64,000 nt of DNA from Promethearchaeota archaeon (GCA_016839705.1 JAEOTR010000032.1:1-64000); one strand, 5' to 3'; counted from the stretch's first letter, positions 19,818 to 30,071 are shown. The notes: generated by a model not told the origin, from the sequence alone. Program-made: numbers and translations.

Positions 19818-20615
19818 ATGAAAAAAGTAGGTTATGTCCAAACAGCTCCTATTTTCGGAGATAAGGAAAAAAACTTTAATCAAATTGAAAACCTATTAGT
19901 TAATGTAAAAGCAGATTTACTTGTTTTACCAGAATTATTTGCCACAGGTTATACATTCATATCAAAGGAGGAAGCAATATCTTTCGCAGAAACATCAAAT
20001 GAAAAAACGTCTCAATTCCTTAAAAAAATCTCTAAAATGACCGGTGCTGTAATAGTAGGAGGATATATCGAACAAGCCGAAAATGAGATTTATAATTCTG
20101 CCATGATTGTCTCAAATGATCGAGTTGTTGATTCATATCGCAAAATACATCTTTATTATAAGGAAAAATTGTGGTTTTCTTCAGGAGATAAACCATTTAA
20201 AGTGTATGAGGTAAATGATATAAAAATAGGTGTTATGATATGTTTTGATTGGATTTTTCCTGAAACAGTACGAACTCTTGCCTTACTAGGAGCAGATATT
20301 ATAGCCCATCCCGCCAACTTGGTGCTTCCCTATTGTCAAAATGCTATGATCACGAGATCTTTAGAAAATCGAGTTTTTTCGATAACTTCAAATAGAATTG
20401 GGGAAGAAAATAGGGGAGAGGATCATTTTCAATTTACGGGTCAAAGCCAAATAATTTCTATTCATGGAGAGAATTTATCTTTAGCTCCTAAGGATGAAAT
20501 TTTTATAGAATTAGTTGATATAGACATTAAGAAGGCAAGAGATAAAAAACTGAATGAGTATAATAATTTGTTTAAAGATCGACGCCAAGATTTCTATTAT
20601 CAAAATGATAATTGA
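19818..20615 (+). CDS. Carbon-nitrogen hydrolase (nitrilase superfamily amidase)
   Basis: Glu-Lys-Cys triad: LPELFATGY, YRKIHL, ICFDW. Confidence 0.9.
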   Translation: MKKVGYVQTAPIFGDKEKNFNQIENLLVNVKADLLVLPELFATGYTFISKEEAISFAETSNEKTSQFLKKISKMTGAVIVGGYIEQAENEIYNSAMIVSNDRVVDSYRKIHLYYKEKLWFSSGDKPFKVYEVNDIKIGVMICFDWIFPETVRTLALLGADIIAHPANLVLPYCQNAMITRSLENRVFSITSNRIGEENRGEDHFQFTGQSQIISIHGENLSLAPKDEIFIELVDIDIKKARDKKLNEYNNLFKDRRQDFYYQNDN

Positions 20616-20632
20616 TAATTAGTTATTCTATT

Positions 20633-21535
20633 ATGAAAGTTGGATATCCTTGTATAAATTTAAGCTTAAATTGCAGGAGTAGTAGAAAATTTCGTTTGAA
20701 GAATTATTCAGAAAATAGGCTGATTGATACTATTCAAAATAATTTGCTGTGTTTGAAAAAAATTTTAGAGTTTAATTACGAAAATAAAATATTATTCTTT
20801 CGGATAACTTCTGATTTGATTCCTTTTGGATCTCATCCTATTATGACTTTTAACTGGCAAGAGTATTTTAAATCAGAGTTTAGAGAAATTGGGTTATATA
20901 TCAGAAAGAAAAACATGAGAATAACAATGCATCCTGGCCAATACACTGTTCTTAATTCTAAGAATCAAAGAGTTGTCGAAAATAGTATAAAAGAACTTCA
21001 ATATCATACTAAAATTCTGGAAGCCATTGGATTAGACTCTACTGCTAAAATAATTACACATGTTGGAGGTGTTTATGGGGATAAGAAAACCAGTATTCTA
21101 AGATTTATTGAGAGATATAAAAAACTTAATGAAAATATAAAAAACTATTATGTTATTGAAAACGATGATAAAAGTTATAACGTAAATGATACGCTAGTCA
21201 TTAATAGATCTACAGAAATACCAATTATCTTTGACTCTTACCATCATCACTGTTATAATTTAGGAGCTACAACTGAAGAAGCAATCAAAAAGGTATTTAT
21301 GATATGGAAAGAAAAAGATGGATTACCAATAATACATTATAGTTCCGAACATCCTCTTAAGGGTAAATGTAAACATGCAGAAGAACTTGATATGACAGAT
21401 TTTAGAAATTTTATAAAAAAGACAAATAAATATAATTTTGATATCATGTTAGAGATTAAAAATAAAGAGAAAAGCGCTATCTCTGCTATAGAATATTTAA
21501 TGAAAGATATACGATTTAATCAAAATAGAATATGA
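20633..21535 (+). CDS. uvsE: UV damage endonuclease
   Basis: GYPCIN, FFRITSDLIP, MHPGQYTVLNS, HVGGVYGDK, IENDD, D.YHH, MLEIK.KE. Confidence 0.92.
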   Translation: MKVGYPCINLSLNCRSSRKFRLKNYSENRLIDTIQNNLLCLKKILEFNYENKILFFRITSDLIPFGSHPIMTFNWQEYFKSEFREIGLYIRKKNMRITMHPGQYTVLNSKNQRVVENSIKELQYHTKILEAIGLDSTAKIITHVGGVYGDKKTSILRFIERYKKLNENIKNYYVIENDDKSYNVNDTLVINRSTEIPIIFDSYHHHCYNLGATTEEAIKKVFMIWKEKDGLPIIHYSSEHPLKGKCKHAEELDMTDFRNFIKKTNKYNFDIMLEIKNKEKSAISAIEYLMKDIRFNQNRI

Positions 21536-21555
21536 TTATATAAAATTTTAAATTA

Positions 21556-22035
21556 TTGATATCTATGAAGGTAAAAAAATTAGCACATATGAGCGAAAGA
21601 GAAATAAACACAACAATTAATTCTCATAACTTATGTAGAATTGCATTTATTGATGGCGAGTATCCTTATATCTCTCCTTTTCAATATGCTTATATAAATA
21701 ATGAATTGTATTTCCATTTTACTGATTATGGTAAAAAAAAGGAAATTCTTTTAAAAAATCAGAACGTATGTGTTTCGATTGAAAATTTTAAGTCTGATTT
21801 AAGCAGTTACTTCTTTATTTCGATACAAGGAAAATTAGAATTGGTGGAAGATGCTGTGCTTAAAAGTAAAACATTGAACCAAATGGCAGAATTAGCTCGA
21901 AAAAAATATTCAAAAAATTTTCTATTAGCTCATGGATTTGACAAAGAAGAAGAATGGGATATTTTAACCTCAAAGAATCAAACTATCTATAAGCTTAAAG
22001 TCTTCAATAATCCAATTGGTCTTAAATCTTCTTAA
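21556..22035 (+). CDS. Pyridoxamine 5'-phosphate oxidase-like (NimA-type) flavin-binding protein
   Basis: CRIAF..GEYPYISP, LYFH...GKK..L..N..VC. Confidence 0.8.
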   Translation: MISMKVKKLAHMSEREINTTINSHNLCRIAFIDGEYPYISPFQYAYINNELYFHFTDYGKKKEILLKNQNVCVSIENFKSDLSSYFFISIQGKLELVEDAVLKSKTLNQMAELARKKYSKNFLLAHGFDKEEEWDILTSKNQTIYKLKVFNNPIGLKSS

Positions 22036-22167
22036 AAAAGAAAATTGCACTTTAAAATTTGATAATTGAGATTATATAGATCCTTTATATTTTAAACAAA
22101 TAAGAAATAAATAATGATCTAATATAATTTCATTTAATTCTAATTGATATTTTTAAAATAAAAAAAA

Positions 22168-22566
22168 GTGAGTATTATTAATTGGGTAGCTGTTATAGTT
22201 GTGGGTTTAATTTATTTTGCGATACATTTTTTCTGGTATTTTCCCTTTGCTTTCGGTAATATGTGGTTAAAATTGGTAGGAAAGGAAAGTGAACCTAAAT
22301 CCAAGATCATACGAGACACAATAATTATGATACCAACTAGCATTATAACTGTTTTAGTCATCGCATATATGATAGAGGTAACAGGAATGACTGATATTGG
22401 TTCGGCAACGCTTTTGAGTTTAATTTTATGGGTAGGATTTGTGGCTACAATTGGTATCAATCAAAATAACTTCAATGATAGAGGTATAAAACTCTTTCTT
22501 CTGGAATATGGATTTTATTTAATAGGTTTTCTTATCGCAGGAATCATATTGGCAGCTTGGCCATGA
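22168..22566 (+). CDS. DUF1761 family membrane protein
   Basis: INWVAVIV, FWY.P..FG..W, W.GFV; 4 TM. Confidence 0.8.
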   Translation: MSIINWVAVIVVGLIYFAIHFFWYFPFAFGNMWLKLVGKESEPKSKIIRDTIIMIPTSIITVLVIAYMIEVTGMTDIGSATLLSLILWVGFVATIGINQNNFNDRGIKLFLLEYGFYLIGFLIAGIILAAWP

Positions 22567-22609
22567 ATTTCAAATCAAACTTTATAATTAAAAAATATCT
22601 TTCTTTTTT

Positions 22610-24259
22610 TTATGTTGTTAGACTTTCAACAACATATAAAGGCCATTTTTTGAGAATACCTTTTGATATTATTCCTTTTCTAACTTTCTCGAGCATTTCT
22701 TTTCGAGTGGCTAAAAAATCAATAGGAGTTTTATCGATTGGTATAATTTCAATATGGTTATTTAAAATACTTTTTTTGAAAGCTTCATCGTTAATGCACT
22801 TAGACAATAATTCCTTGTTTTTTGATAAATTTAAACATCCCTTTTTTCCATTTGATGGAATTAACAATTTTAGTTTATCCTTACCGTCAATATTATCTTT
22901 AATTAATAGTAGCGAATCAATGTCTACATTACAATTCCGATTTATGCAATAAATTAAACCACGAGGATTATAAATATCAAAACTATCGAAGTTAAAGAAT
23001 TCACCTACATAAACATGGTATTTTGAAGGAATTGGGATTTCTGGAATAATATGTATCGGGTACTTTAATTGAAAGTTTGAGCGAAGAATTTTACCTTCAA
23101 TTTGGGGAAGGGCTTCTGAATCAACCACATTTATGATATCTCCTATGTCTATATTACAAAAAACATTGGAATTGTTTAAACGTGAAATCAGCAAATTACC
23201 AATTTTTGATTCAGTTCGAGAAATTAATTGGAATTTTCCGTTACTCTCAATTGCAGGCAGTGTTAAGGGAAATACATATAGATTTCCCGTTCTTGAGAAT
23301 TCATACCCATTTTTCGTAATACTTGCCGCAAAAGGTCCTGTCTCCGAGGCAACATATAAATTTATGAATTTTTCTTCTCCTCTTTTCCAATTCATAAATT
23401 TTCGAATTAAATCCCAATCCTTTTCTGATAGAGAACTAATACTAAATACGATAGTGGCTTGAGAGAATTTTTTCGAAAGTAATTCTTGAATTTCATACGT
23501 TGCCGTTTTTATTCCCTTATTCTTTATTATTAAGAGAAGTTTTTCTAAAATGGGATCTTCATTATCTTTAATAGATTTCATAGTTTCTTGTATTCCACGT
23601 TGTAATTTTGCAATATCCGCCCACCCTAATACAGTAATAGCTGGAGCAGAAATCGTAGAGATTTTTTCTAGTGATAAGAGCTTAGCAATGACATCCAACC
23701 TTTTAGAATCTTTATATTCAAAAAATCTATATGACTCTGGTTTAATAATTGATAACATTACTCTTTGGGAAAATTCTGAAGAATAAAGAGAAATGTATTT
23801 TTTATCTTCATAAGTTTTTAAACCATCAATATTCAATCTCGAAGGAACAAAAATAACTACACTCGAGTGAGTGCTCAACCCACCCGACTCAAAAATGGCT
23901 TGCATTCCAGGGGCCCAATAATGTTTAACGACCCAATCTGACATAGGAAACCATTTCAGTGCTGAAATTTTTGAGTTAGTTGTTCCAGAGCTATGGCATA
24001 ATATTATTGGTTTCGATCCCTGAAAATTTGCTAGAAAATTATTAATATTTATTGCGAGGGCTTTTGAATCCGTCTTTTCTTTAGTAATTCTTTCAAGAAT
24101 GTCGCTAATAGATGATAAACCTGAATTTTTAAGGGTAAGTTCTTCGTATTCTTCTTTCGATGAAATATCTAGCCATTTCTTCCAATTTATAGATGGTATA
24201 TCAAAAAATTGTTTATTAAATATTTTTTGAATTTCTATATCAAAATCATATGCTCTCAA
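22610..24259 (-). CDS. GH3-family acyl-adenylate / acyl-acid amido synthetase-like protein
   Basis: ANL/GH3 motifs HSSGTT..K.FP, YVASETG, IDIGDII. Confidence 0.65.
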   Translation of the reverse strand: MRAYDFDIEIQKIFNKQFFDIPSINWKKWLDISSKEEYEELTLKNSGLSSISDILERITKEKTDSKALAININNFLANFQGSKPIILCHSSGTTNSKISALKWFPMSDWVVKHYWAPGMQAIFESGGLSTHSSVVIFVPSRLNIDGLKTYEDKKYISLYSSEFSQRVMLSIIKPESYRFFEYKDSKRLDVIAKLLSLEKISTISAPAITVLGWADIAKLQRGIQETMKSIKDNEDPILEKLLLIIKNKGIKTATYEIQELLSKKFSQATIVFSISSLSEKDWDLIRKFMNWKRGEEKFINLYVASETGPFAASITKNGYEFSRTGNLYVFPLTLPAIESNGKFQLISRTESKIGNLLISRLNNSNVFCNIDIGDIINVVDSEALPQIEGKILRSNFQLKYPIHIIPEIPIPSKYHVYVGEFFNFDSFDIYNPRGLIYCINRNCNVDIDSLLLIKDNIDGKDKLKLLIPSNGKKGCLNLSKNKELLSKCINDEAFKKSILNNHIEIIPIDKTPIDFLATRKEMLEKVRKGIISKGILKKWPLYVVESLTT

Positions 24260-24359
24260 TACATCTATTGATTACGTATTTATTTAAGATAAAGATTATC
24301 AAAATGAATTTTTAATTCAAAAATATTTTGTATATAATAATATACTAATATATTCCCAT

Positions 24360-24905
24360 TTATGGCGTGATTAAGGAACTCTTTGTCTTACTATATAATT
24401 CTCTTATTAGAGATTTGAATGCGTCTTCAACATTCTGACCCGTTTTCGCTGATGTATGGTAAAATCCTGTAAAATTATTTTTTTGAACAAATTTTATGAT
24501 CTTTTCATCAGTTAATCTATTATCATCAACCAAATCAACCTTATTTCCGAAAAGTGCAACAGGAATGTCTCCACAAAATTTCTTAATTTCTTTGAGCCAT
24601 TGCGCAGCATGTTTAAAACTATCTTTTCCAAATTTGTTTTCCTCTATGGAGAACACAATTATAGATGCCACGCTTGACCTATAAAATGCAGGTCGTAGAA
24701 AATGAAATTCATCTTGACCAGCTATATCCCAAAAAACTAATTCACAAAGATCACCCTCAATTTCTTCCTCATATTTAGAAAATTGTGCTCCTATAGTCTT
24801 AATGTATTCCTTCTGAAAACTTCCTTGAGTGAATTTTTTTATTAAGGATGTTTTTCCTACGAAACCATCCCCAATTACAGTAATTTTAAATTTGAATTTA
24901 TTCAT
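24360..24905 (-). CDS. Rab-like small GTPase
   Basis: GDGFVGKTS, YIKTIG, WDIAGQ, GNKVD, TSAKTG. Confidence 0.95.
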   Translation of the reverse strand: MNKFKFKITVIGDGFVGKTSLIKKFTQGSFQKEYIKTIGAQFSKYEEEIEGDLCELVFWDIAGQDEFHFLRPAFYRSSVASIIVFSIEENKFGKDSFKHAAQWLKEIKKFCGDIPVALFGNKVDLVDDNRLTDEKIIKFVQKNNFTGFYHTSAKTGQNVEDAFKSLIRELYSKTKSSLITP

Positions 24906-25027
24906 TAAATCACTTTTTAAATAGATCTATATCCTACTTATAAATATCAATTGAAGTTTAATAAAAAACTTTTCACTGTAAAATTTAAAAAAAAGTAGTA
25001 TAATTAGTTTTTTAGAGGTAAATTAGT

Positions 25028-25816
25028 ATGGTTGCGATAAAGGAAAGTAGAATGGAAGTATTATTTGGATTTTTTGGGGCTTTATTCATTTTAGTTATGT
25101 TAATAATCTCAATAATTCTTTCTCCAGGATATTCCCCTTTAACAAGTACTATAAGTACACTTGGAGAAAGAGAAGCAAAAACGTTGTTTAGCATTGGATT
25201 TGTTGTAGCGGGTTCATTATTAATCCCTTTTTATATCTATCTGAAAAATGAATTAGTTTATCTGAAAAACCGTCTTAGAAAAATAGCGACAGGTGTAGCT
25301 ATTTTTTCCAACATGTGTATTGCTTTAGTGGGAATAATTCCTGATAAGGATTACCCCGGTGCTTTTCTTGCGTTTCATGCATTTGTAGCGGGTGTGAGTT
25401 TTATAGGAACCTCTATTTATATTGTGTTATATAGCCTTTTAATGTACTTAGGTCCAAAGTCTACCATGTATAAGGGTCCACAATTTAAAAAATATCTTTC
25501 TTACTATGGCTTTTTTGTAGGAATAGTATTTGTAGTGTGGTTAACCAACCCGATAAATCCACCTTTAGAATGGGCAGTAGCAATACTCATACTTATTTGG
25601 ATTTTAATTACGGCATTACAGTGTCTTTCATTTAAATTTTCTAAAATCCCGGGGGTATATTATAAACGATCTCAATATCCTGAAAAAATAAAACTGTTTA
25701 AAGACGCGATCCATGTTTTAGAGAATCTAGAAATGGGAGATGAGCCAATTTTGGACACATTAAAAGACAATATTGAATATATCGAAAGTCAAATGGAAAA
25801 AAACCAAAACAAATGA
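25028..25816 (+). CDS. DUF998 / Frag1-DRAM-like membrane protein
   Basis: PGYSP...ISTLG, GIIP, H..VA, LEW in 5-6 TM. Confidence 0.7.
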   Translation: MVAIKESRMEVLFGFFGALFILVMLIISIILSPGYSPLTSTISTLGEREAKTLFSIGFVVAGSLLIPFYIYLKNELVYLKNRLRKIATGVAIFSNMCIALVGIIPDKDYPGAFLAFHAFVAGVSFIGTSIYIVLYSLLMYLGPKSTMYKGPQFKKYLSYYGFFVGIVFVVWLTNPINPPLEWAVAILILIWILITALQCLSFKFSKIPGVYYKRSQYPEKIKLFKDAIHVLENLEMGDEPILDTLKDNIEYIESQMEKNQNK

Positions 25817-26820
25817 AAGCGGCAGTATTTGATGGAGAAGAATTGGAAATAAAAACTGTGGCAGATCCTAGAATATCAGATACAAAAGTATTAATTAACG
25901 TTAAAAGCGTTGGATTATGTGGAACCGATATAGCTATAATTAAAAAATCTTTACCTAGTCCAACACCTATAATTTTAGGGCATGAATTTGCAGGTGATGT
26001 AGTAAAGATAGGAGATAATGTTGATCCAAAATGGCTTAATAAAAGAGTGACGTCTGAAATAAATACTAATATTGATTTTAGCTGTTTCTACTGCAAAAAG
26101 GGGAAATATACTCAATGCGTATCAAGAAAAGCATTAGGGATAGATATTGATGGGGCCTTAGCTGAATATATAGCATTGGAATCATATTTACTTCATGAAA
26201 TCCCAGATTCAATCTCATATGATGATGCCACATTCATCGAACCATTAGCAGCAGCATATCAAATATTCGAAACAATGCCATTGGATGCAAATGATAAAGT
26301 GATGGCTATATTTGGGCTTGGGAAATTAGGATTGCTAATTACACAAATAGCATTGCTTAAAGGTCTAAAATTAATTGTTGTTGATAGTTCTCATAAAAAA
26401 CTAAAATTAGCAAAAAAACTTGGTGCGCAAAAAGTACTTAACAGATTTGATGGTCCTTACGTTCCTGATTGGATAAAAAGTCTTACAAGGGGGCTAGGTG
26501 CTGATATAACTATAGACGCAACAGGCAACCCTCTAGCAATAAAAGATGTAATTGCTTCATGTAGAACCCTTGGAAAAGTACATTTAAAAAGTACGCATGG
26601 TCTTGACACTTCTATTAATTTAACTGATGCCATTGTGCGCGAGTTAACGCTCTATACTAGTAGATGTGGACCATTTGATAAAGCTATACAAGGATTAAAA
26701 GATGGAACGATTGATGTTGAAAAATTGATTTCTAAAAAATATCCATTAAAGGACATTGATAAAGCTATAGATTTTAATAATATCTCCCAAGACCATATTA
26801 AAACAATTATTCATATATAA
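25813..26820 (+). CDS. Zinc-dependent medium-chain alcohol dehydrogenase
   Basis: GLCGTD, LGHEFAG, CFYC..C, EPLA, GLGKLG; ATGA overlap. Confidence 0.9.
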   Translation: MKAAVFDGEELEIKTVADPRISDTKVLINVKSVGLCGTDIAIIKKSLPSPTPIILGHEFAGDVVKIGDNVDPKWLNKRVTSEINTNIDFSCFYCKKGKYTQCVSRKALGIDIDGALAEYIALESYLLHEIPDSISYDDATFIEPLAAAYQIFETMPLDANDKVMAIFGLGKLGLLITQIALLKGLKLIVVDSSHKKLKLAKKLGAQKVLNRFDGPYVPDWIKSLTRGLGADITIDATGNPLAIKDVIASCRTLGKVHLKSTHGLDTSINLTDAIVRELTLYTSRCGPFDKAIQGLKDGTIDVEKLISKKYPLKDIDKAIDFNNISQDHIKTIIHI

Positions 26821-26965
26821 TCCTGATAAATTCATAATCTTAGACTAAATTCTTTATATCTATTTATCTTTAAAAATTCTAAACATTGAATTTTTTAGAA
26901 AAAGAAACTTAATTATTATATATAATTTTAAAATCTTTAATTAGTGCTTTCGAGAAAACACAATT

Positions 26966-28795
26966 ATGGTTAATGATGAAATACCAGAGCCTAAATCAGA
27001 AACCAAGAATAATTTTATACGGGAAGACATACAGTTTCAGTATTTCTGGTATTTATTCATCTTTTTTACTATTTACCTTACATCATATATTGTTCCAGCC
27101 TTTTTATTTATGAGTTATATCTTTCTCTTTTTCTTACCTAATTTTTTAGACACATCTAGTTTCATAGCACTATTTACTGAAATAAAGCCAATTCTAGCAT
27201 TAGTATCAATGCCCTTAGTTATTATAGGCTGTTATCTTATTCGATTATTTTTTGTTGGGCTAATGACACGATTTTTTTGGAGATTGACTGAAAAAAAGTG
27301 TCCCAGTAAAGATGGAATAATACCAAGGAATTTTCCCAGTAGAACTCTTAATTATTATCATATTCGAAGTTTCTTGATAAAATATGGAAAGAATACTTTT
27401 ACTAAGGGAGCTTTCCCTTGGTTAAGCAATTGGTTATATAATTTTGTTGGTTCAAGTGTGATAGGAAAGGGATCAACATTTGAGGAAAGCATAGGCAACG
27501 AAAAGTTTGGAATTGTCGGAAAAAATTGTTATTTTGGTGCTGGTGCTGCTTTGGCGACTCATCTGGTTGACGGAACTTTTGGAAATATAAATTATTTCCA
27601 TGTGAAAATTGGAGATAATGTTACCGCTGCTGCGGGAAACCTAGTTGCCGCAGGATCAGAGGCATATGATAATTCTTATCTACTACCGATAGCTTCTGCA
27701 GGAAAACATAGCTTATTAAAAGGAAATAATTACTATTGGGGAATTCCATTAAGGAAAATATTTAGAAAAAAAACTATGGAATTTTTAGATTTAACACCAA
27801 AGGAATTAGAGATAAATGCAAATATCGTGGGATATACTGATAAAAAAGTATTGGAGAAATTAAAAAGTGAGAAATCTTTAGAGCCACCTGAGGAAATCAT
27901 CCGCACCGAAACAGAAGAAAGTCTAGATAATGAGAAAGAAATTGATATAAATGATTTAAGTGAAGAAGATTTAGCCTTAGATTTCACAACAAGTAGTGCA
28001 ATTTCACGAGTGAACATAAAGTTTTTAGTAGTTTACATTCCAATTTTTTGGTTGTCTGGTATGTTGGATACGATAATTTTTTATACATTTATTTCCTTGG
28101 TAAGCAATAAATTTGTAATGATATTCTTCCTTCCAACGATTATTATTATTATGTGGTTCATTTTTATATTAGGGTGTTTCTTTTTCAGCAAATTATTCCT
28201 AGTCTTAATTAACTTAATACATAAACCAAAAGAGGGAATATTTAGAGCGGAAATTGGAGATACTGATTTTGAATTTTGGAGCTTGCGTACCGAAATAAAA
28301 AAAATAGTATTATGGCTTTTACGTAATTGGCCCCTTCCTTGGGCGGATATATTAGCATTTAAATTTTTCGGAGTAAAAATGACCTTATCAAGTTCATTAT
28401 ATGATTCTTGGTGCGATAGTGAATTTATAACATTCGGGAGAAGAGTCTTAGTTGGACAGGGTGTGACGATTATGTCTTCAATGGTGATAGGTAAATACTT
28501 AATAATTAAGAATGTTATATGCGGTGATTATTCACTTATAGGAGGTCATTCCACAATCGCACCAGGTACAATTATAGGGGAGGATACTTTTGTCAGTGCT
28601 CTTTCTACATCTGTGTATTCTCAGATCCTTGAACCGGGATGGATCTATATTGGAGTCCCTTGCATTAAACTAAAACCAAACAAATATGCTGAATCTCAAA
28701 GAGAAATATTAGTTAAAAGAGACGTAGATGAAGAGAGGAAATTTGAGATTGAACATGAAGTTAACATTGATGAAGATAAGAAAGATCTCTTATAA
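26966..28795 (+). CDS. Fused A+B membrane left-handed beta-helix acyltransferase-like protein
   Basis: N-half matches 17089 protein (GIIPRN, THLVDG, GIPLRKIF); C-half matches 17997 protein (LDFTTSS, HKPKEG, EFWSLR). Confidence 0.82.
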   Translation: MVNDEIPEPKSETKNNFIREDIQFQYFWYLFIFFTIYLTSYIVPAFLFMSYIFLFFLPNFLDTSSFIALFTEIKPILALVSMPLVIIGCYLIRLFFVGLMTRFFWRLTEKKCPSKDGIIPRNFPSRTLNYYHIRSFLIKYGKNTFTKGAFPWLSNWLYNFVGSSVIGKGSTFEESIGNEKFGIVGKNCYFGAGAALATHLVDGTFGNINYFHVKIGDNVTAAAGNLVAAGSEAYDNSYLLPIASAGKHSLLKGNNYYWGIPLRKIFRKKTMEFLDLTPKELEINANIVGYTDKKVLEKLKSEKSLEPPEEIIRTETEESLDNEKEIDINDLSEEDLALDFTTSSAISRVNIKFLVVYIPIFWLSGMLDTIIFYTFISLVSNKFVMIFFLPTIIIIMWFIFILGCFFFSKLFLVLINLIHKPKEGIFRAEIGDTDFEFWSLRTEIKKIVLWLLRNWPLPWADILAFKFFGVKMTLSSSLYDSWCDSEFITFGRRVLVGQGVTIMSSMVIGKYLIIKNVICGDYSLIGGHSTIAPGTIIGEDTFVSALSTSVYSQILEPGWIYIGVPCIKLKPNKYAESQREILVKRDVDEERKFEIEHEVNIDEDKKDLL

Positions 28796-28888
28796 ACAAT
28801 TTATCGGAAAAAACGCAAAGAGCGTTGCCGCTATTACTGTTCTACGATAATATTATCATAACATTTAAGATGGAATGTAATTAAACCA

Positions 28889-29560
28889 TCATTTTAATAA
28901 TGTTCTCAAATATCTTAACCATTTATTGCGAGGCGCTTTAGCTTTATACCAATCATAATTGGAATCATCACCAAAAGGTTGATACTCCGTGTAATAAGCT
29001 TGGTCTTCATTAATATTGTCAATCTGTTGCTCAAGTAAAGCTATAAGGTTTTTTATGTCCTCTTGATGTTGACGAGATAACATGAATTTATCTCTTTCAG
29101 TAATATTTTCACTAGGATATTTACCGTTAAAGGAAAGAGTCAAAGAATGACTATAACGTTTAATGGTTTGTTTCAAATTCGGATGGTTTAATACGATTTC
29201 TCTCGCTCTATCTTTATATTTTGAAGTACCATCAAACATGATGTCGAGACATGTATGGTAGTCTCTCAAATCAATCATGACCGTCTCTATTAATTCATTC
29301 CATGTAATTCCATAATTATACCGACAGGCACGTTGATATATCCCTCTAAGAGCCTCTAATGAGTCGGAATTATTTATTTTTACAAGAGCATCAATGATTT
29401 GCGTATCCCTTTCCAAGTTACATAATTGGAAAAGCACTCTAACAGATTCTAAATCCCCTTTTTTTATTAATTTATTTATTTCTTTTTTCCTTGTTTTTGG
29501 GCTTGCTTGCCTTAGCTTATTAAACTTCTCTAATTTCTTGCCAGTAAAAAATCTATGCAT
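28889..29560 (-). CDS. Hypothetical helical protein (weakly HEAT-like)
   Basis: 223 aa ORF; IIDALVKIN..DSLEAL. Confidence 0.6.
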   Translation of the reverse strand: MHRFFTGKKLEKFNKLRQASPKTRKKEINKLIKKGDLESVRVLFQLCNLERDTQIIDALVKINNSDSLEALRGIYQRACRYNYGITWNELIETVMIDLRDYHTCLDIMFDGTSKYKDRAREIVLNHPNLKQTIKRYSHSLTLSFNGKYPSENITERDKFMLSRQHQEDIKNLIALLEQQIDNINEDQAYYTEYQPFGDDSNYDWYKAKAPRNKWLRYLRTLLK

Positions 29561-29663
29561 TGATACTCTCTATTTCTTTGATTTTAATTTTTATATTCAA
29601 TTTTAATAAACTTTAGATTAATTTAAGTATTAATGAAATATTTGGTGAAATTCAAAAATTATT

Positions 29664-29840
29664 CTAATCTAATTGGTTTCCACAATTTTCACAATATTTA
29701 TTAATTTTTAAGTTTTCAGAGCCACAATAATGACAAATTATTTTTTCTGTTTCTTGTCTAGGTCTTGGCTGATATATAGGTTCTGGTTGATACACAGGTT
29801 GTGCTTGGTAAGATGGGAGTGCTGGGTTTTTTTTAAATAT
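29664..29840 (-). pseudogene. Zinc-ribbon mini-ORF or gene remnant without a canonical start
   Basis: Hand translation IFKKNPALPSYQAQPVYQPEPIYQPRPRQETEKIICHYCGSENLKINKYCENCGNQLD*; bounded upstream by in-frame TGA. Confidence 0.6.
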
Positions 29841-30063
29841 TCATATTTAAATAAAAAATTTCAGGAATGGTAAATTCAGCGTCTGATTTCAATTTCGAAT
29901 AACATTTCATATAAAATTTGATTCTTTATTTTAATTTAGAAAAAACGTAAAATATCTCATAGTGCTAAAATATTTCAAGGAAAATATTGTTCCTATAGTA
30001 AAATTTTTTTTTAAGACAACTTTTAAGAGAATATGTATCGAAAAACTTTGTATCGAAATATTG

Positions 30064-30071
30064 GAAGGTGA
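30064..30071 (+). promoter_or_regulatory. Shine-Dalgarno-like site GAAGGTGA
   Basis: Archaeal GGTGA core 6 nt before the in-frame ATA at 30078. Confidence 0.55.

Noticed and set aside
28812-28826. Small hairpin AACGC-AAAGA-GCGTT after the orphan AB gene
   Set aside because: Only a 5-bp stem; not enough for an RNA or mobile-element end call.
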